NCBI GenBank assembly: GCA_964372415.1
Contig: CAYJQH010000003.1
Span: forward strand, 24,923-88,922
Reading direction: 5' to 3'
Length of the DNA stretch: 64,000 nt
From: an uncultured Gammaproteobacteria bacterium
Lineage (GTDB): Bacteria; Patescibacteriota; Patescibacteriia; UBA9934
Below are positions 1 through 9,816 of this stretch, piece after piece (the stretch's first letter is position 1; every line of letters starts with the position of its first letter). Made by a program: the position numbers and the translations under genes. The notes beneath the pieces are model-generated. The model saw only the letters and a list, made by a program, of their open reading frames with translations, did not search any database and was not told where the DNA came from.

Positions 1-1596
1 TCGTTGAGTGGCGAGCACGAGGTGTATGCCAGCAGCCCTAGCCATTTGGGCAATGCGTACAATAACTGCCTCAACTTCACGCTTGTTTTGAATCATCAAG
101 TCAGCCAACTCATCAATAACGATGATGATGCGCGGCATGCGTTCTTCACTTTTGGCGTTATAACTATCAATATCGCGTGCGCCAAACTTCGCAAGGTAAT
201 CCAAACGTCGATCCATTTCACGAACTGCCCACTTCAAGGCATTGATTGCTTCCTCGGCCTTAGTAATTGGTGGCACGAGAAGATGAGGGATGCCGGCATA
301 AATACCAAGCTCCACTCGCTTGGGGTCAACCATGATGAGCTTAAGATCATCTGGGCCATTTTGATACAAAAGTGAAACAATGATGCCATTCAAACAAACC
401 GATTTTCCGCTTCCCGTAGCACCGGCTACAAGCATGTGTGGCGCTTTATCGACAAACAGCATTGGCACGCCACCTGAAATGTCCTTACCAAGCGGTACGC
501 CGAATGTTCCCTTTCGCTTGGCAAACTCTTTTGACTCCAAAACTTCGCGCAGACTGACGCGAGCGACCGATTGATTAGGCACTTCAACGCCGACCAAAGC
601 CTTACCTGGAATCGGGGCTTCAATACGAATCGGGTGAGCAGCCAGAGCTAGAGCTAAATCGTTCTGTAAGGCCACAATACGCGACAGCTTAACGCCGTGG
701 GCTGGCCTGAATGAGTATTGAGTAACTGTGGGTCCAACCTTCACTTCAGCCATCTCGACGGTTATCCCAAACTGTTCGAGGGTGCGCATGATAATCTCTT
801 GACTGCGGTTAATATCGCCAGCCTTGCCTTGCGACCGACGGTTATCAAGAAGGTCTAGTGGCACCTCGATCTTACGCCGCTCGGTTGAAACCATGATTTC
901 TTCCTCGTTCTTAGCCGGCATAAAAGCGGCCGCCAGTCGACTCATGCGATTCGCCTTAATCTGACCATCTTCATCGATCGTGGTTTCTTCGATCACTTCT
1001 TCAGCTATAGCTACCGGTTCGACCTCGGCTGTCTCGGCTTCCGCATCTTCATTATTCTCCCTTCGGCCAAACAAGCGTCCCGGGAAGGCAAAAATTGAGG
1101 GCAGTGAAATATTGAAAAATAAGATAATTGATATTGCAAAAACTGCTAGAGCAATAATAAGTGCTGCCACAAAACCAACCGATTGCACAAGAAGCGCTGA
1201 GGTTAAAAGACCAACCTGGCCACCCGCTCTGCGTAAGGCTTCAAGATCGTTCGGATCACGAGCCAGAATTAGATTCAAAAGTCCATCAAGAGCCAAAATG
1301 CAAAAGAGAAGTGCAAGCCAACCGCGAAAACTCAAAATTCGCGCCTGAGGAATAACTGCACTACCACCCATCAAAATCAAAAGCACGGGCACTACTAAGC
1401 GCGAAATGCCAAGTATCGTGGCTAACTCGTTATCAAACCAATCACCAACCGAACCAGCCAAACCAAAAAACGAGAGGAGCATAATTGCCCCAAAAGCCAC
1501 TAAAAGAATGGCAAAAACACTTTTTCGTACTTCATCTGAGACCAATGCCTCGTCGTCGTCCCGCATCCCTGCCCGCCGTTTTCCTCGTTTGGCCAT
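1..1596 (-). CDS. ftsK: DNA translocase FtsK/SpoIIIE (N-terminal membrane part plus motor; C-terminus runs off the window start)
   Basis: Reverse-strand translation starts MAKRGKRRAG... at 1596 and reads in frame to position 1 (1596 nt, 532 codons) with no stop. It contains FtsK motor motifs (..LVLATQRPSVDV..) and an N-terminal hydrophobic domain. The six-frame track omits it because it is open-ended. Confidence 0.85.
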   Translation of the reverse strand, partial: MAKRGKRRAGMRDDDEALVSDEVRKSVFAILLVAFGAIMLLSFFGLAGSVGDWFDNELATILGISRLVVPVLLILMGGSAVIPQARILSFRGWLALLFCILALDGLLNLILARDPNDLEALRRAGGQVGLLTSALLVQSVGFVAALIIALAVFAISIILFFNISLPSIFAFPGRLFGRRENNEDAEAETAEVEPVAIAEEVIEETTIDEDGQIKANRMSRLAAAFMPAKNEEEIMVSTERRKIEVPLDLLDNRRSQGKAGDINRSQEIIMRTLEQFGITVEMAEVKVGPTVTQYSFRPAHGVKLSRIVALQNDLALALAAHPIRIEAPIPGKALVGVEVPNQSVARVSLREVLESKEFAKRKGTFGVPLGKDISGGVPMLFVDKAPHMLVAGATGSGKSVCLNGIIVSLLYQNGPDDLKLIMVDPKRVELGIYAGIPHLLVPPITKAEEAINALKWAVREMDRRLDYLAKFGARDIDSYNAKSEERMPRIIIVIDELADLMIQNKREVEAVIVRIAQMARAAGIHLVLATQR

Positions 1597-1653
1597 AGCA
1601 GGAGCATTGTAACAGAAAACCAGCCTGGTTAATCAATGGCTGGTTTCATTAAC

Positions 1654-2220
1654 TTATTTGGCCACTCGCTCCACGTATGCACCCGTATCTGTCGAAATCA
1701 TCACCACATCGCCTTCTTTGATAAAAATTGGCACACGAACCGCGAGCTGGTTATCAAGAATCGCTTCTTTAGTAACATTTCCTGAGGCAGTATCCCCTTT
1801 TACTGCGGGTTCTGTCTCAGCCACTGTGTAAGTAACTTTAAGGGGCAGCTCCATGGCAATTGCTCGATCGCCGTGCATAATAATCGTGACGTCGAGACCT
1901 TCCTTCAAATACTTGGCGTCATCGCCAACGACTTCTCGGCCAAGAGCAACCTGCTCATAGTTTTGGCCATCCATAAAGGTTAGCGTATTCTCATCACCAA
2001 AAATGTACTGCATCTTTTTGAACGTAACTTCCTCAAAAGTTAAGCTTTCAGCTGACTTGAAATTATTTTCAACCACCTTACCCGAAGAAAGTGATTTAAT
2101 GCGGGTGCGGACAAACGAACTGCCCTTGCCCGGCGAAACACGTTGAAAACTTACGACCACCCAGAGATCATTTTCGTAGTTGATGACCGTACCTTTGCGA
2201 ATATCATTCGGAGAAGCCAT
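1654..2220 (-). CDS. efp: Elongation factor P
   Basis: 188-aa ORF with KOW-like N-terminus and the conserved loop SPGKGSSFVRTR carrying the modifiable Lys. Full-length EF-P architecture. Confidence 0.9.
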   Translation of the reverse strand: MASPNDIRKGTVINYENDLWVVVSFQRVSPGKGSSFVRTRIKSLSSGKVVENNFKSAESLTFEEVTFKKMQYIFGDENTLTFMDGQNYEQVALGREVVGDDAKYLKEGLDVTIIMHGDRAIAMELPLKVTYTVAETEPAVKGDTASGNVTKEAILDNQLAVRVPIFIKEGDVVMISTDTGAYVERVAK

Positions 2221-2228
2221 AGCGGAAC

Positions 2229-3062
2229 CTAAGAAATAGGGTTAGAAACGAGGTGAACCTCACGAATATCGCGCACACCATACTTGAGCATGCATAGTCG
2301 GTCAATGCCAACGGAGTTACCGTAAACAGACTTGTCGATTTTACCGAGAGCTGACAAAAACTGCTCATCAATGGGATATACATGCTTTCCTTGAGCTCGG
2401 CGCGACTCAGCGTCTTTCATAAAACGTGCCCGCTGTTCGTCGGGGTTGGTCAGTTCCGCGAAGCCATTCGAGAGTTCAAGCCCATCGCCGTACGACTCAA
2501 AGCGCTCGGCATAGGTGCCGTCGGCTGAGATCTTGGACAAAGCGGCTTGCTCGACTGGAAAATGGGTCACAAAGAACCGCTTCGCTTCAACATGGGGGTC
2601 GCCAAACTCATCAACTTTGGCTTCTTGGTAGGCATACCGCGGCCAGGTGTCTGTGTTTTCAAGGACGAATTGATACAGCGCCTCTGTTTCCTTCATCAGG
2701 TCTTCGTACGAGCCCGGGGCGTACCATTCAAGCAACGTAAATTGCGGCCAGTTGTGCGGACCGAGCGCTTCGTCGTTTCGAAAAACCGGAGTAATCGTAA
2801 AAATCTTCTCCATTCCCGCCCCAAGAAGTTTTTTCATGGAGAATTCTGGCGAAGTAATGAGTCCTGCTGTAAATGAGCGAGTAGGATTATGTGTTTTAAC
2901 CGTCACTGCAAAGGGGTCGAGGTAGGGTTCCATGCCCGGCGTCGTCACGAGAAGCGGCACGTGAACCTTGATGTAGTCACGTGCTCTAAAAAATTCCTCA
3001 ACCTTGCTCGTTATCTCATTCCAACGTTCGGCGCGGAGCATCAGGTCATCTCTAGAAATCAT
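2229..3062 (-). CDS. epmA: EF-P lysyl (beta-lysine) ligase EpmA/PoxA, a truncated class II LysRS paralog
   Basis: 277-aa class-II aaRS catalytic-core-like sequence (FRNDEAL..., GLELSNGFAEL) with no anticodon-binding domain. Sits immediately upstream of efp on the same strand. Confidence 0.75.
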   Translation of the reverse strand: MISRDDLMLRAERWNEITSKVEEFFRARDYIKVHVPLLVTTPGMEPYLDPFAVTVKTHNPTRSFTAGLITSPEFSMKKLLGAGMEKIFTITPVFRNDEALGPHNWPQFTLLEWYAPGSYEDLMKETEALYQFVLENTDTWPRYAYQEAKVDEFGDPHVEAKRFFVTHFPVEQAALSKISADGTYAERFESYGDGLELSNGFAELTNPDEQRARFMKDAESRRAQGKHVYPIDEQFLSALGKIDKSVYGNSVGIDRLCMLKYGVRDIREVHLVSNPIS

Positions 3063-3101
3063 AGGGTTATCAAAAAACGGCTTGAACGCCGTTTTTTGGA
3101 C

Positions 3102-3326
3102 TTACATCGTTACGAAAGGTAGGAGTCCAATGATGCGGGCACGTTTTATTTCAGCGGCAATTTGACGCTGGTGGCTCGCACAGACACCGCTTCGCTTGCG
3201 CGGCACGATCTTACCGAACGACGAGACAAAACGGCGTAGAATGTCGGTGTTTTTGTAATCAATCGTCGTATCTTTATTGACGCAGAAATAACAGTAACGA
3301 TCTTTGGTTGATGGTTTATGTGGCAT
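3102..3326 (-). CDS. rpsR: 30S ribosomal protein S18
   Basis: 74-aa basic protein with CYFC...RRFVS...GKI.PRKRSG S18 signature. Part of the rpsF-ssb-rpsR order. Confidence 0.9.
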   Translation of the reverse strand: MPHKPSTKDRYCYFCVNKDTTIDYKNTDILRRFVSSFGKIVPRKRSGVCASHQRQIAAEIKRARIIGLLPFVTM

Positions 3327-3332
3327 AACGAA

Positions 3333-3785
3333 TTAAAAGGGAATATCTTCTAGTTTAATTTCTTCTTCAGGAGCCTGTGATGGAACATCAGCTACGGTTG
3401 GGGCACTGGTCTCGGGTTTATTAACCATTCCGCCCGGGCCCGGAGCGCCAAGCATGATCATATTTTCCGCTACGATTTCGGTGCGATACTTTTTTTGACC
3501 GTCCTGGCCCTCCCAATCACGCGTTTGAATACGGCCATCAATATACACTTTTTTGCCCTTGGTTAAGTATTGGCCGCAGATCTCAGCCAAACGTCCCCAA
3601 GCAACTACATTGTGATAATCTGCTTGCTCTTTGCGTTCGCCTGCAGCATCCTTATAAACCCGGTTGGTGGCGATAGAAAAGTTGGCCACCGATTGGCCGC
3701 TCGGCGTTTTGCGGATTTCCGGATCCCGCGTGAGGTTTCCGATGAGCATTGCTTTGTTTAATGACGCTGCCATAAATGAATTCAA
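3333..3785 (-). CDS. ssb: Single-stranded DNA-binding protein
   Basis: OB-fold SSB sequence (MLIGNLTRDPEIR...YHNVVAWGRLAE) with Gly/Pro-rich linker and acidic C-terminal tail ending DIPF. Confidence 0.9.
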   Translation of the reverse strand: MNSFMAASLNKAMLIGNLTRDPEIRKTPSGQSVANFSIATNRVYKDAAGERKEQADYHNVVAWGRLAEICGQYLTKGKKVYIDGRIQTRDWEGQDGQKKYRTEIVAENMIMLGAPGPGGMVNKPETSAPTVADVPSQAPEEEIKLEDIPF

Positions 3786-3859
3786 CTAGACGAAAGAAAT
3801 CAGCCACTAAGACCAGTTGCGGTGCGCTGGTCGCAAATGAGCCAAAGAATGAAGTCGCC

Positions 3860-4336
3860 TTATATGTTCTTCATGATATCTGAATCGAGAATTTGATCCA
3901 ACTTGTTTGCCAGCTCTTCAGTCGTTACCTTGGCGGCTGTCTCCATAGCCTGACGATGCGGCGCTGGACGCTCTTCCCGCTCTCCTGCGCGGCGACCCTC
4001 AGCTGTGAGCGGTGGGGTGTACTGCACCAAACGGAAGGCGGCAGTCGGCAGGCCTTCAGGGTGAGCAATTGTGAGGTGGCGAATTACCTCTTCACTTAAA
4101 CGCAGGTTTTGCTCAAGCTTGGGGAGGATTGCCGGCTCAGCGCTAATATAGAACAAAACATACGTGCCGTGACGTTGACGTTCAATAGGGTAAGCGATTT
4201 TGAGCTTGCCAAAATTCTGACTCTTTTCAATTTTGGCACCTGTGCTCTCAAGGAGCTTCTGCACTGTCCCGATTACGCCATCAATCTCAGTATCGGCGTA
4301 ATGCGACGGTAAAATTGTCATGATCTCGTAGATCAT
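3860..4336 (-). CDS. rpsF: 30S ribosomal protein S6, with C-terminal acidic/charged extension
   Basis: S6 core (MIYEIMTILPS...GKLKIAYPIERQRHGTYVLFY). Longest ORF starts at 4414, but the internal Met at 4336 fits the S6 N-terminus. Conserved rpsF-ssb-rpsR cluster. Confidence 0.8.
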   Translation of the reverse strand: MIYEIMTILPSHYADTEIDGVIGTVQKLLESTGAKIEKSQNFGKLKIAYPIERQRHGTYVLFYISAEPAILPKLEQNLRLSEEVIRHLTIAHPEGLPTAAFRLVQYTPPLTAEGRRAGEREERPAPHRQAMETAAKVTTEELANKLDQILDSDIMKNI

Positions 4337-4339
4337 AGG

Positions 4340-4440
4340 TGACTTGGCCCAGGCGCTAGGCCGGGCAGCCTCTGGCAAATGCCTGAAGCTATGGACAAGA
4401 ATAAGTGGCAACACTTTAATAAAAAATCATTTTTTAGTCA
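4340..4440 (-). promoter_or_regulatory. Candidate rpsF promoter (-35 TTGACT, AT-rich spacer, weak -10) just downstream of a long imperfect hairpin at 4446-4508
   Basis: Read on the minus strand: hairpin caaagcctcca...tggaggctttg, then TTGACTaaaaaatgattttttatTAAAGT upstream of rpsF. Pattern-based only. Confidence 0.35.
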
Positions 4441-4523
4441 ACTACAAAGCCTCCAACCGCTGCCCTGGTCTTCGCTTTGTTGAAAGTCAGGGTCGAGGTG
4501 GAGGCTTTGTATGGTTAAAACCA

Positions 4524-4766
4524 CTAGTAGACGTGTAGGGTAAATTGATACCTCACATGCGATTGTGTACCTATGAAGGTGTAGACGTGATCACCGGCCA
4601 CGGTTGGCGCAGTCATTCGATGGGTAAGACTACCCTGCGCATCGGTCCGTACAACAGTGAACGGATTCCCGTTTACAGCTACGGTTATCTCTTCGTTTGG
4701 CGGAAAGTCTTTACCGTAGAACGCCACCTCATTACCATGAGCCACGTACCAATTGTTCGGCATCAC
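4524..4766 (-). CDS. Small hypothetical protein (80 aa), possibly a detached C-terminal fragment of the upstream CHRD gene
   Basis: GTG-ATG start preceded by a G-rich RBS-like stretch. Different frame from the CHRD ORF. No recognisable motif. Confidence 0.3.
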   Translation of the reverse strand: MMPNNWYVAHGNEVAFYGKDFPPNEEITVAVNGNPFTVVRTDAQGSLTHRMTAPTVAGDHVYTFIGTQSHVRYQFTLHVY

Positions 4767-4789
4767 AACCGGATAATACCCCCCAACCT

Positions 4790-5617
4790 TTAATACTGCG
4801 TTTTGGATGATGCCACTTGTTTTACCAAGGCCCGTATAGTGAAAAGCGTATGCGCTTGTGAAAGCGTAACGTCGACGGCTGGTGAAACAAAGTGACCCGT
4901 GTCATCTGCTGTAACCACCATGGTTTTATTAAGTACGGTAATCTGCACTTCTTCGCGAGGTGCAAAACGATAGCCGTAAATAACAAGCTGGGCTGGCGGT
5001 AGAATAAAGTACCCCGAGAGAATCAGATGCGCGCCGCTGCCCGATCCGTCACTTGGCGCCCCGGGGGCTGGCATAATTTCTGTTACGAGACGCAATTGAC
5101 CACGAATTTCTCCGTCCGGATGCTCAAGCGAGTGAACGTTAATGTAAATTTTTCCTTCGCGCATGGCTTGAACAAGGTGCGCTGTGGTCTGAATGCCAGG
5201 ATTACATTCTGCGGTATTCGCCACAATCTCGTTCTCGGAAATAGTGCCCATGAAAGGCGCCGTAGGATCAACAGGGTTCTTTGCCTGATAAAGCGTAGCT
5301 ACGACCGGACCCACTTGGTCACTTGCTCCACAATGAAGATGGGCTGCGGTAATGTTGTCACCTTTTCTTACAATTAAGCGATAACCGAGTAGTTGTTCAT
5401 CACTACGAACCACCAAAGTTAATTTGCCTTAGGTATCTGTGAGGACTCTTGGAATCTCGTTATTGCCGGTAAGACCGGCGATGAAGACGTGCTTGATTTC
5501 TTCATTTTGCACGTCGGTGTCAGTTGCCGCGTTAGCTCGCTCCGAGATACCCAACGTGGACAACAACACGCCAACCATAACAATTGAGGCTAAACTTGAG
5601 AATGCGCGTGCCTGCAT
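4790..5617 (-). pseudogene. CHRD-domain secreted protein interrupted by one in-frame TAA (5429-5431)
   Basis: ORF 5429-5617 encodes a signal peptide and the start of a CHRD domain (..LTGNNEIPRV). ORF 4790-5416 continues in the same frame (AAHLHCG..., INVHSLEHPDGEIRGQL CHRD motifs). The two are separated only by TAA plus four sense codons. Confidence 0.55.
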
Positions 5618-5761
5618 AGCAAGTCCAGTTAAGAATAAGGCAACGAGTTGAACAATCGCCTCATAACGAGGCGCGCCGTCTCGTTACCCTTTAAACGTAA
5701 CTCGTAAACACAGGCTAAAACAATCAAAATACTCACAGTTTCTTTTAAAAAAAAGAAAACT

Positions 5762-6973
5762 TTGCTAAGATCAGATCCTTGTATGCAAGCCTTTGCCCTA
5801 CTAGGCGCCCACCCCGAACTCTCGCTCGCCGAAATTAAAGCGCTTACCAACGCTTCGCCAGCCTGGCGTCACGAACAACTGGCTATTTTTGATGATCTCG
5901 AAGGGGACTTAAAAAAACTCGGAGTTCGTCTCGGTGGTACGCAAAAATTAGGTTTAGTAATTGGCACTGTGACATCCCTCAACACGGCAGAGCTGGCAAC
6001 GTTTCTGGCCCAGGATTTGACGAGCGAGTACTCCGAAGGAAAGCTTCATTTTGGCTTAAGCGTCTACGGAAGCAATGAAGCACAGGTCGCTGAAGTTCGT
6101 GAGTCTGCCAGGCGTCTTGGCATGACTCTTAAAAGTACACTCAAAGAGGCTGGTCGTAGCGCTCGCTATGTTATTTCAAAAGAACCGACGCTCTCGGCTG
6201 TCGTCATCACTAGTAATCACCTGTTAAACAAAGGTGCCGAGTACTGTTTGCTAGTTCGCGAGAACGATATCGTCGTGATTCGAACGGTGAGTGTGCAAAA
6301 CGTCGATGACTGGGCACACCGTGACCTCAAACGCCCTCGTCGTAACGCCAAACAAGGCATGTTGCCACCCAAGCTGGCGCGCATGATGGTAAACATGACT
6401 GGTCTCACGGAGCCTGCTAACAAAACTCTCTACGATCCCTTCTGCGGGAGCGGTACGATTCTCATGGAAGGTGCCTTGGTTGGTTTTTCTAAACTCGTGG
6501 GAAGCGATATTAATGCTCAGGCGGTTACAGATACCGCTGCCAATTTGATTTGGTTAAAAACACAAGGCTATAGCGTACCAGAGCCTTTACTATTTACCGC
6601 CTCAGCCTCAGTCGCCGGAGACAATTTAGATCTTGTCGCAGAAAGTGTTGATGCCATAGTCACAGAAACGTATCTCGGCCGACCGCGTCGAGGTGATGAG
6701 AACGCAGAAGAGATCGAAGAAACCATCAACTACGTAACCAGGCTTTACGAAGAGAGCTTTACTGCCCTTAAGAAGGTGCTAAAACCATCTGGCATCATAG
6801 TTGTCGCCTCTCCGATTCATGTCCTCGACGGAAAAGAATATCTAGTTCCCGTAGATGAGATCATGAAAAAAATCGGTTATTCCCCACTACCGCTCGCACC
6901 TAAAGAATTAATTTATCGTCAAGAAAAACAATTAGTTGGCCGGAAAATTTCGCGTTTTAAATTATCGTCGTAA
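5762..6973 (+). CDS. THUMP-domain RNA methyltransferase, Trm11/TrmG10-like (tRNA guanine-N2 methyltransferase family)
   Basis: C-terminal Rossmann MTase with motif I LYDPFCGSGT preceded by PPKLARMMVNMTG (Trm11-like). The N-terminal half is THUMP-like. Likely true start at ATG 5783. Confidence 0.55.
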   Translation: MLRSDPCMQAFALLGAHPELSLAEIKALTNASPAWRHEQLAIFDDLEGDLKKLGVRLGGTQKLGLVIGTVTSLNTAELATFLAQDLTSEYSEGKLHFGLSVYGSNEAQVAEVRESARRLGMTLKSTLKEAGRSARYVISKEPTLSAVVITSNHLLNKGAEYCLLVRENDIVVIRTVSVQNVDDWAHRDLKRPRRNAKQGMLPPKLARMMVNMTGLTEPANKTLYDPFCGSGTILMEGALVGFSKLVGSDINAQAVTDTAANLIWLKTQGYSVPEPLLFTASASVAGDNLDLVAESVDAIVTETYLGRPRRGDENAEEIEETINYVTRLYEESFTALKKVLKPSGIIVVASPIHVLDGKEYLVPVDEIMKKIGYSPLPLAPKELIYRQEKQLVGRKISRFKLSS

Positions 6974-7028
6974 GCTTGACTTAGCGATTCTTTTTTTGTA
7001 CCTTTGAGACCGCTTCTCGAGGTGTCGC

Positions 7029-7892
7029 ATGGCCGCCGAAACCGAAGACGACAGAGATCTGCTGACCGTCTTCATGCGGCAGCGGGATAAACGACTGAAC
7101 GAAATCAGGAACAAGACACACACGGATCACCGGGAAAAAATTGAGGCTGAAGCACTCAAACACATTCCTTTCGTCATTCGTATAGCGAGAAAGCACAAGG
7201 AGCAGGGGCGTCAAGCGCAGCTGACCCTCATGGACCTCCTTCAGGAAGGTTACTTCGGCCTCTTGAAGGCGATCGAAAAGTTCGACGTGGGGCGAGGGGT
7301 CATTTTCATCACCTATGCTCAGTGGTGGATTAGAGCCACCATTTCACGAGCCATCGTCAACAGCCCCGGAAGACGAGGAATTAGGGTAACCGCAAGTCGC
7401 GCCGAAAAAATTCGAAACCTCGACCTTTCCATCAGGCGGATGACCGACATACTCGGCCGCCCGCCCACTGAAGATGAGGTCATTAACGAGTGGGTCAATA
7501 ATCACAACCTGACTCGTAAACAAGTAAGCGAGCTTCTAGCTGTAAGAGAGATGCATACACTGCGTCTCCACACGGGTAGTAGCGCGGACCCTGATGACGA
7601 TGGGCAGCATCTTGAAAACCTGCTCCAATCTCCGGAGCCAAATCCCGAGGAAGCAACACTCACCGTCAATTCTCAACTCTTGGTCCTCGAGGCCCTAAAT
7701 GGGATGGATGAGCGTTTGCGGGAGCTTCTCGTTCGTCGCTACGGACTTTTTGGCTACGAACCGCACTCGCTTCAGGAAATCGCAAACATCATGAACCTGT
7801 CGCGCGAACGTATTCGACAAATTCAAGACAAAGCTCTCGCCGAGCTTCGCCTGGAGCTCGGACAAAGATTCGAATCCAGAGCTGCCAAGTGA
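7029..7892 (+). CDS. RNA polymerase sigma factor, sigma-70 family (regions 2, 3, 4)
   Basis: Region 2 (LLQEGYFGLLKAIEKFD...FITYAQWWIRATISRAI) and region 4 HTH (LQEIANIMNLSRERIRQIQDKALAELR). Confidence 0.75.
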   Translation: MAAETEDDRDLLTVFMRQRDKRLNEIRNKTHTDHREKIEAEALKHIPFVIRIARKHKEQGRQAQLTLMDLLQEGYFGLLKAIEKFDVGRGVIFITYAQWWIRATISRAIVNSPGRRGIRVTASRAEKIRNLDLSIRRMTDILGRPPTEDEVINEWVNNHNLTRKQVSELLAVREMHTLRLHTGSSADPDDDGQHLENLLQSPEPNPEEATLTVNSQLLVLEALNGMDERLRELLVRRYGLFGYEPHSLQEIANIMNLSRERIRQIQDKALAELRLELGQRFESRAAK

Positions 7893-7947
7893 CCGCCTAC
7901 GCGAACTCGACATCCATAAACCACCCTGTGGCCGGAAGTCGGGTTTT

Positions 7948-9033
7948 TTAATTACCACCAATTCTAAAATGACAAACATCGCCATCTTGCATGACGTATT
8001 CCTTACCTTCAAGACGTAATTTACCCTTATCACGTACCCCAACTTCGCCGCCGTAAGCTACAAAATCATCATACGAAATGACTTCTGCTCGAATAAAATT
8101 CTTGGCAAAATCAGTATGAATCACACCTGCTGCCTCTGGCGCCTTAGTTCCCCGTTTTACAGTCCAGGCCCGAGTCTCTTTTTGACCAGTTGTAAGATAA
8201 GTGATGAGTTCCAGAAGTTCGTAACACTTTTTAATAACCTTATCGAGCCCCGATTCTTTAAGTCCAAGGGCGGTCATCATGTCATTAGCTTCATCTGTAC
8301 TAAGGCCAGCCAACTCCGCCTCAATTTTAACCGAAATTGGAATTGTTAAACGGTTGGGACCGAGTGGCGACAGCCAATTCACCTCAACTGCGGCCGTCTC
8401 ATCAACGTTGACCACATACAAAATAGGCTTGGTAGTCATTAGCTGAATGTCTTGCACCGCTTCCTGTTCTTCCTCGGTGAGTTCAACCGCCCGCGCTAAT
8501 TCACCTTTTTGTAAGGCCATCTGCCATTTTTTAAGAGCTGAAGCTTGTGGTCCAAGATCAGTGTTCTTACCACCTTTCATTTTAGACGCCACTGCTTCAG
8601 TCAACTTATCAACCGTGGCCAAATCAGCCATGGCAAGTTCAAGTTCAATGACCTCAACGTCACGCCTCGGGTCAACTGAGCCGTCAACGTGCGTAATATC
8701 TGAATTTTGAAAGTCACGCACCACATGAACGATCATGTCGACTTCACGAATATTCGCTAAAAACTTGTTACCTAAGCCCTCTCCTTTGTGCGCGCCCTTA
8801 ACGAGTCCGGCGATGTCGACAAATTCAATAGCGGTTTTTATTTTTTTCTCGCTCTTCGACATTTGCGCGAGGACATCAACACGATGATCAGGAACTTCGA
8901 CGACGCCAACATTTGGCTCAATCGTGCAAAACGGAAAATTGGCACAATCTACTTGTTTCTTAGTAAGAGCGGTAAATAAGGTTGACTTTCCAACGTTCGG
9001 AAGACCAACTATGCCGACGTTTAACATACGCAC
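7948..9033 (-). CDS. ychF: Ribosome-binding ATPase YchF
   Basis: N-terminal P-loop GIVGLPNVGKSTLF, the central alpha-helical insert, and C-terminal TGS domain (VIHTDFAKNFIRAEV). 361 aa. Confidence 0.9.
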   Translation of the reverse strand: MRMLNVGIVGLPNVGKSTLFTALTKKQVDCANFPFCTIEPNVGVVEVPDHRVDVLAQMSKSEKKIKTAIEFVDIAGLVKGAHKGEGLGNKFLANIREVDMIVHVVRDFQNSDITHVDGSVDPRRDVEVIELELAMADLATVDKLTEAVASKMKGGKNTDLGPQASALKKWQMALQKGELARAVELTEEEQEAVQDIQLMTTKPILYVVNVDETAAVEVNWLSPLGPNRLTIPISVKIEAELAGLSTDEANDMMTALGLKESGLDKVIKKCYELLELITYLTTGQKETRAWTVKRGTKAPEAAGVIHTDFAKNFIRAEVISYDDFVAYGGEVGVRDKGKLRLEGKEYVMQDGDVCHFRIGGN

Positions 9034-9120
9034 GACATTTTAGGTAAAATTCTAGCTTTTGGCCAATTATTTTGGTCTGAGAGGAGAAAACTTGAAAAAA
9101 CGTCTAATTTTGCTATATTT

Positions 9121-9741
9121 ATGAAGCTGGAGGTGATCTTGCGCGTAACTGCTTTTAAATTCGCCGTGGCTTTCCTGGTTGCCTGCGGCGGCTCCGTGCC
9201 GGAATATTATTTCGGGAAGCCAGAAACGTTCTACCCGATCAACATCTGGGTTGAAGACCATAAGGACATCGATCCTGAAACCGTGCGTCAAGGTTGCGAG
9301 ATGTGGTCTCCGGAAGGCTTAATCTGCGAGCTCGTATCGAACCGAGAAGAAACCAACCTCGAGTTTCAGGTAGACGAAAGTCCGTGCGTGGTTGAGCCCG
9401 GAGATAAGGTACCTATCATCGGTTCGAAAATCGAAATCGGTATAACTGTGCTGTACCCCCACTGCTTTCCAGCCGAATGGCAGGATGACAATACGGCCAT
9501 CCTCCGTGTAGTCTCGGCTCACGAAATTGGGCACCAGATCGGGATCGTCCTTCACGTTTGGCGTGACTGCAGGACGGTCGAAGAGCATGACTCTGAGTCA
9601 TACTCGATCTGTGGACCAGCTATCATGAACGAGCATACAGATCCGGAGCTCGTACAAATGACTGTGCCAGATCATCAGGCCTGGACCGCGAGAAGCATTT
9701 ACCACTCGGTGATCGATGAACCAATCGAGCACGAACTCTAA
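9121..9741 (+). CDS. Putative zincin-type metalloprotease lipoprotein
   Basis: Lipobox LVACGG after a hydrophobic signal. HEIGHQIGIVLH, a metzincin-like HExxHxxG(x3)H motif. Otherwise no recognisable family. Confidence 0.45.
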   Translation: MKLEVILRVTAFKFAVAFLVACGGSVPEYYFGKPETFYPINIWVEDHKDIDPETVRQGCEMWSPEGLICELVSNREETNLEFQVDESPCVVEPGDKVPIIGSKIEIGITVLYPHCFPAEWQDDNTAILRVVSAHEIGHQIGIVLHVWRDCRTVEEHDSESYSICGPAIMNEHTDPELVQMTVPDHQAWTARSIYHSVIDEPIEHEL

Positions 9742-9816
9742 CGCTTCGCCCATGAGAAGGGTGATAAACAAAAAAGGAAGAGTTCGCATCGGTCGGCCAG
9801 AAGTGGCGGGCCGATT

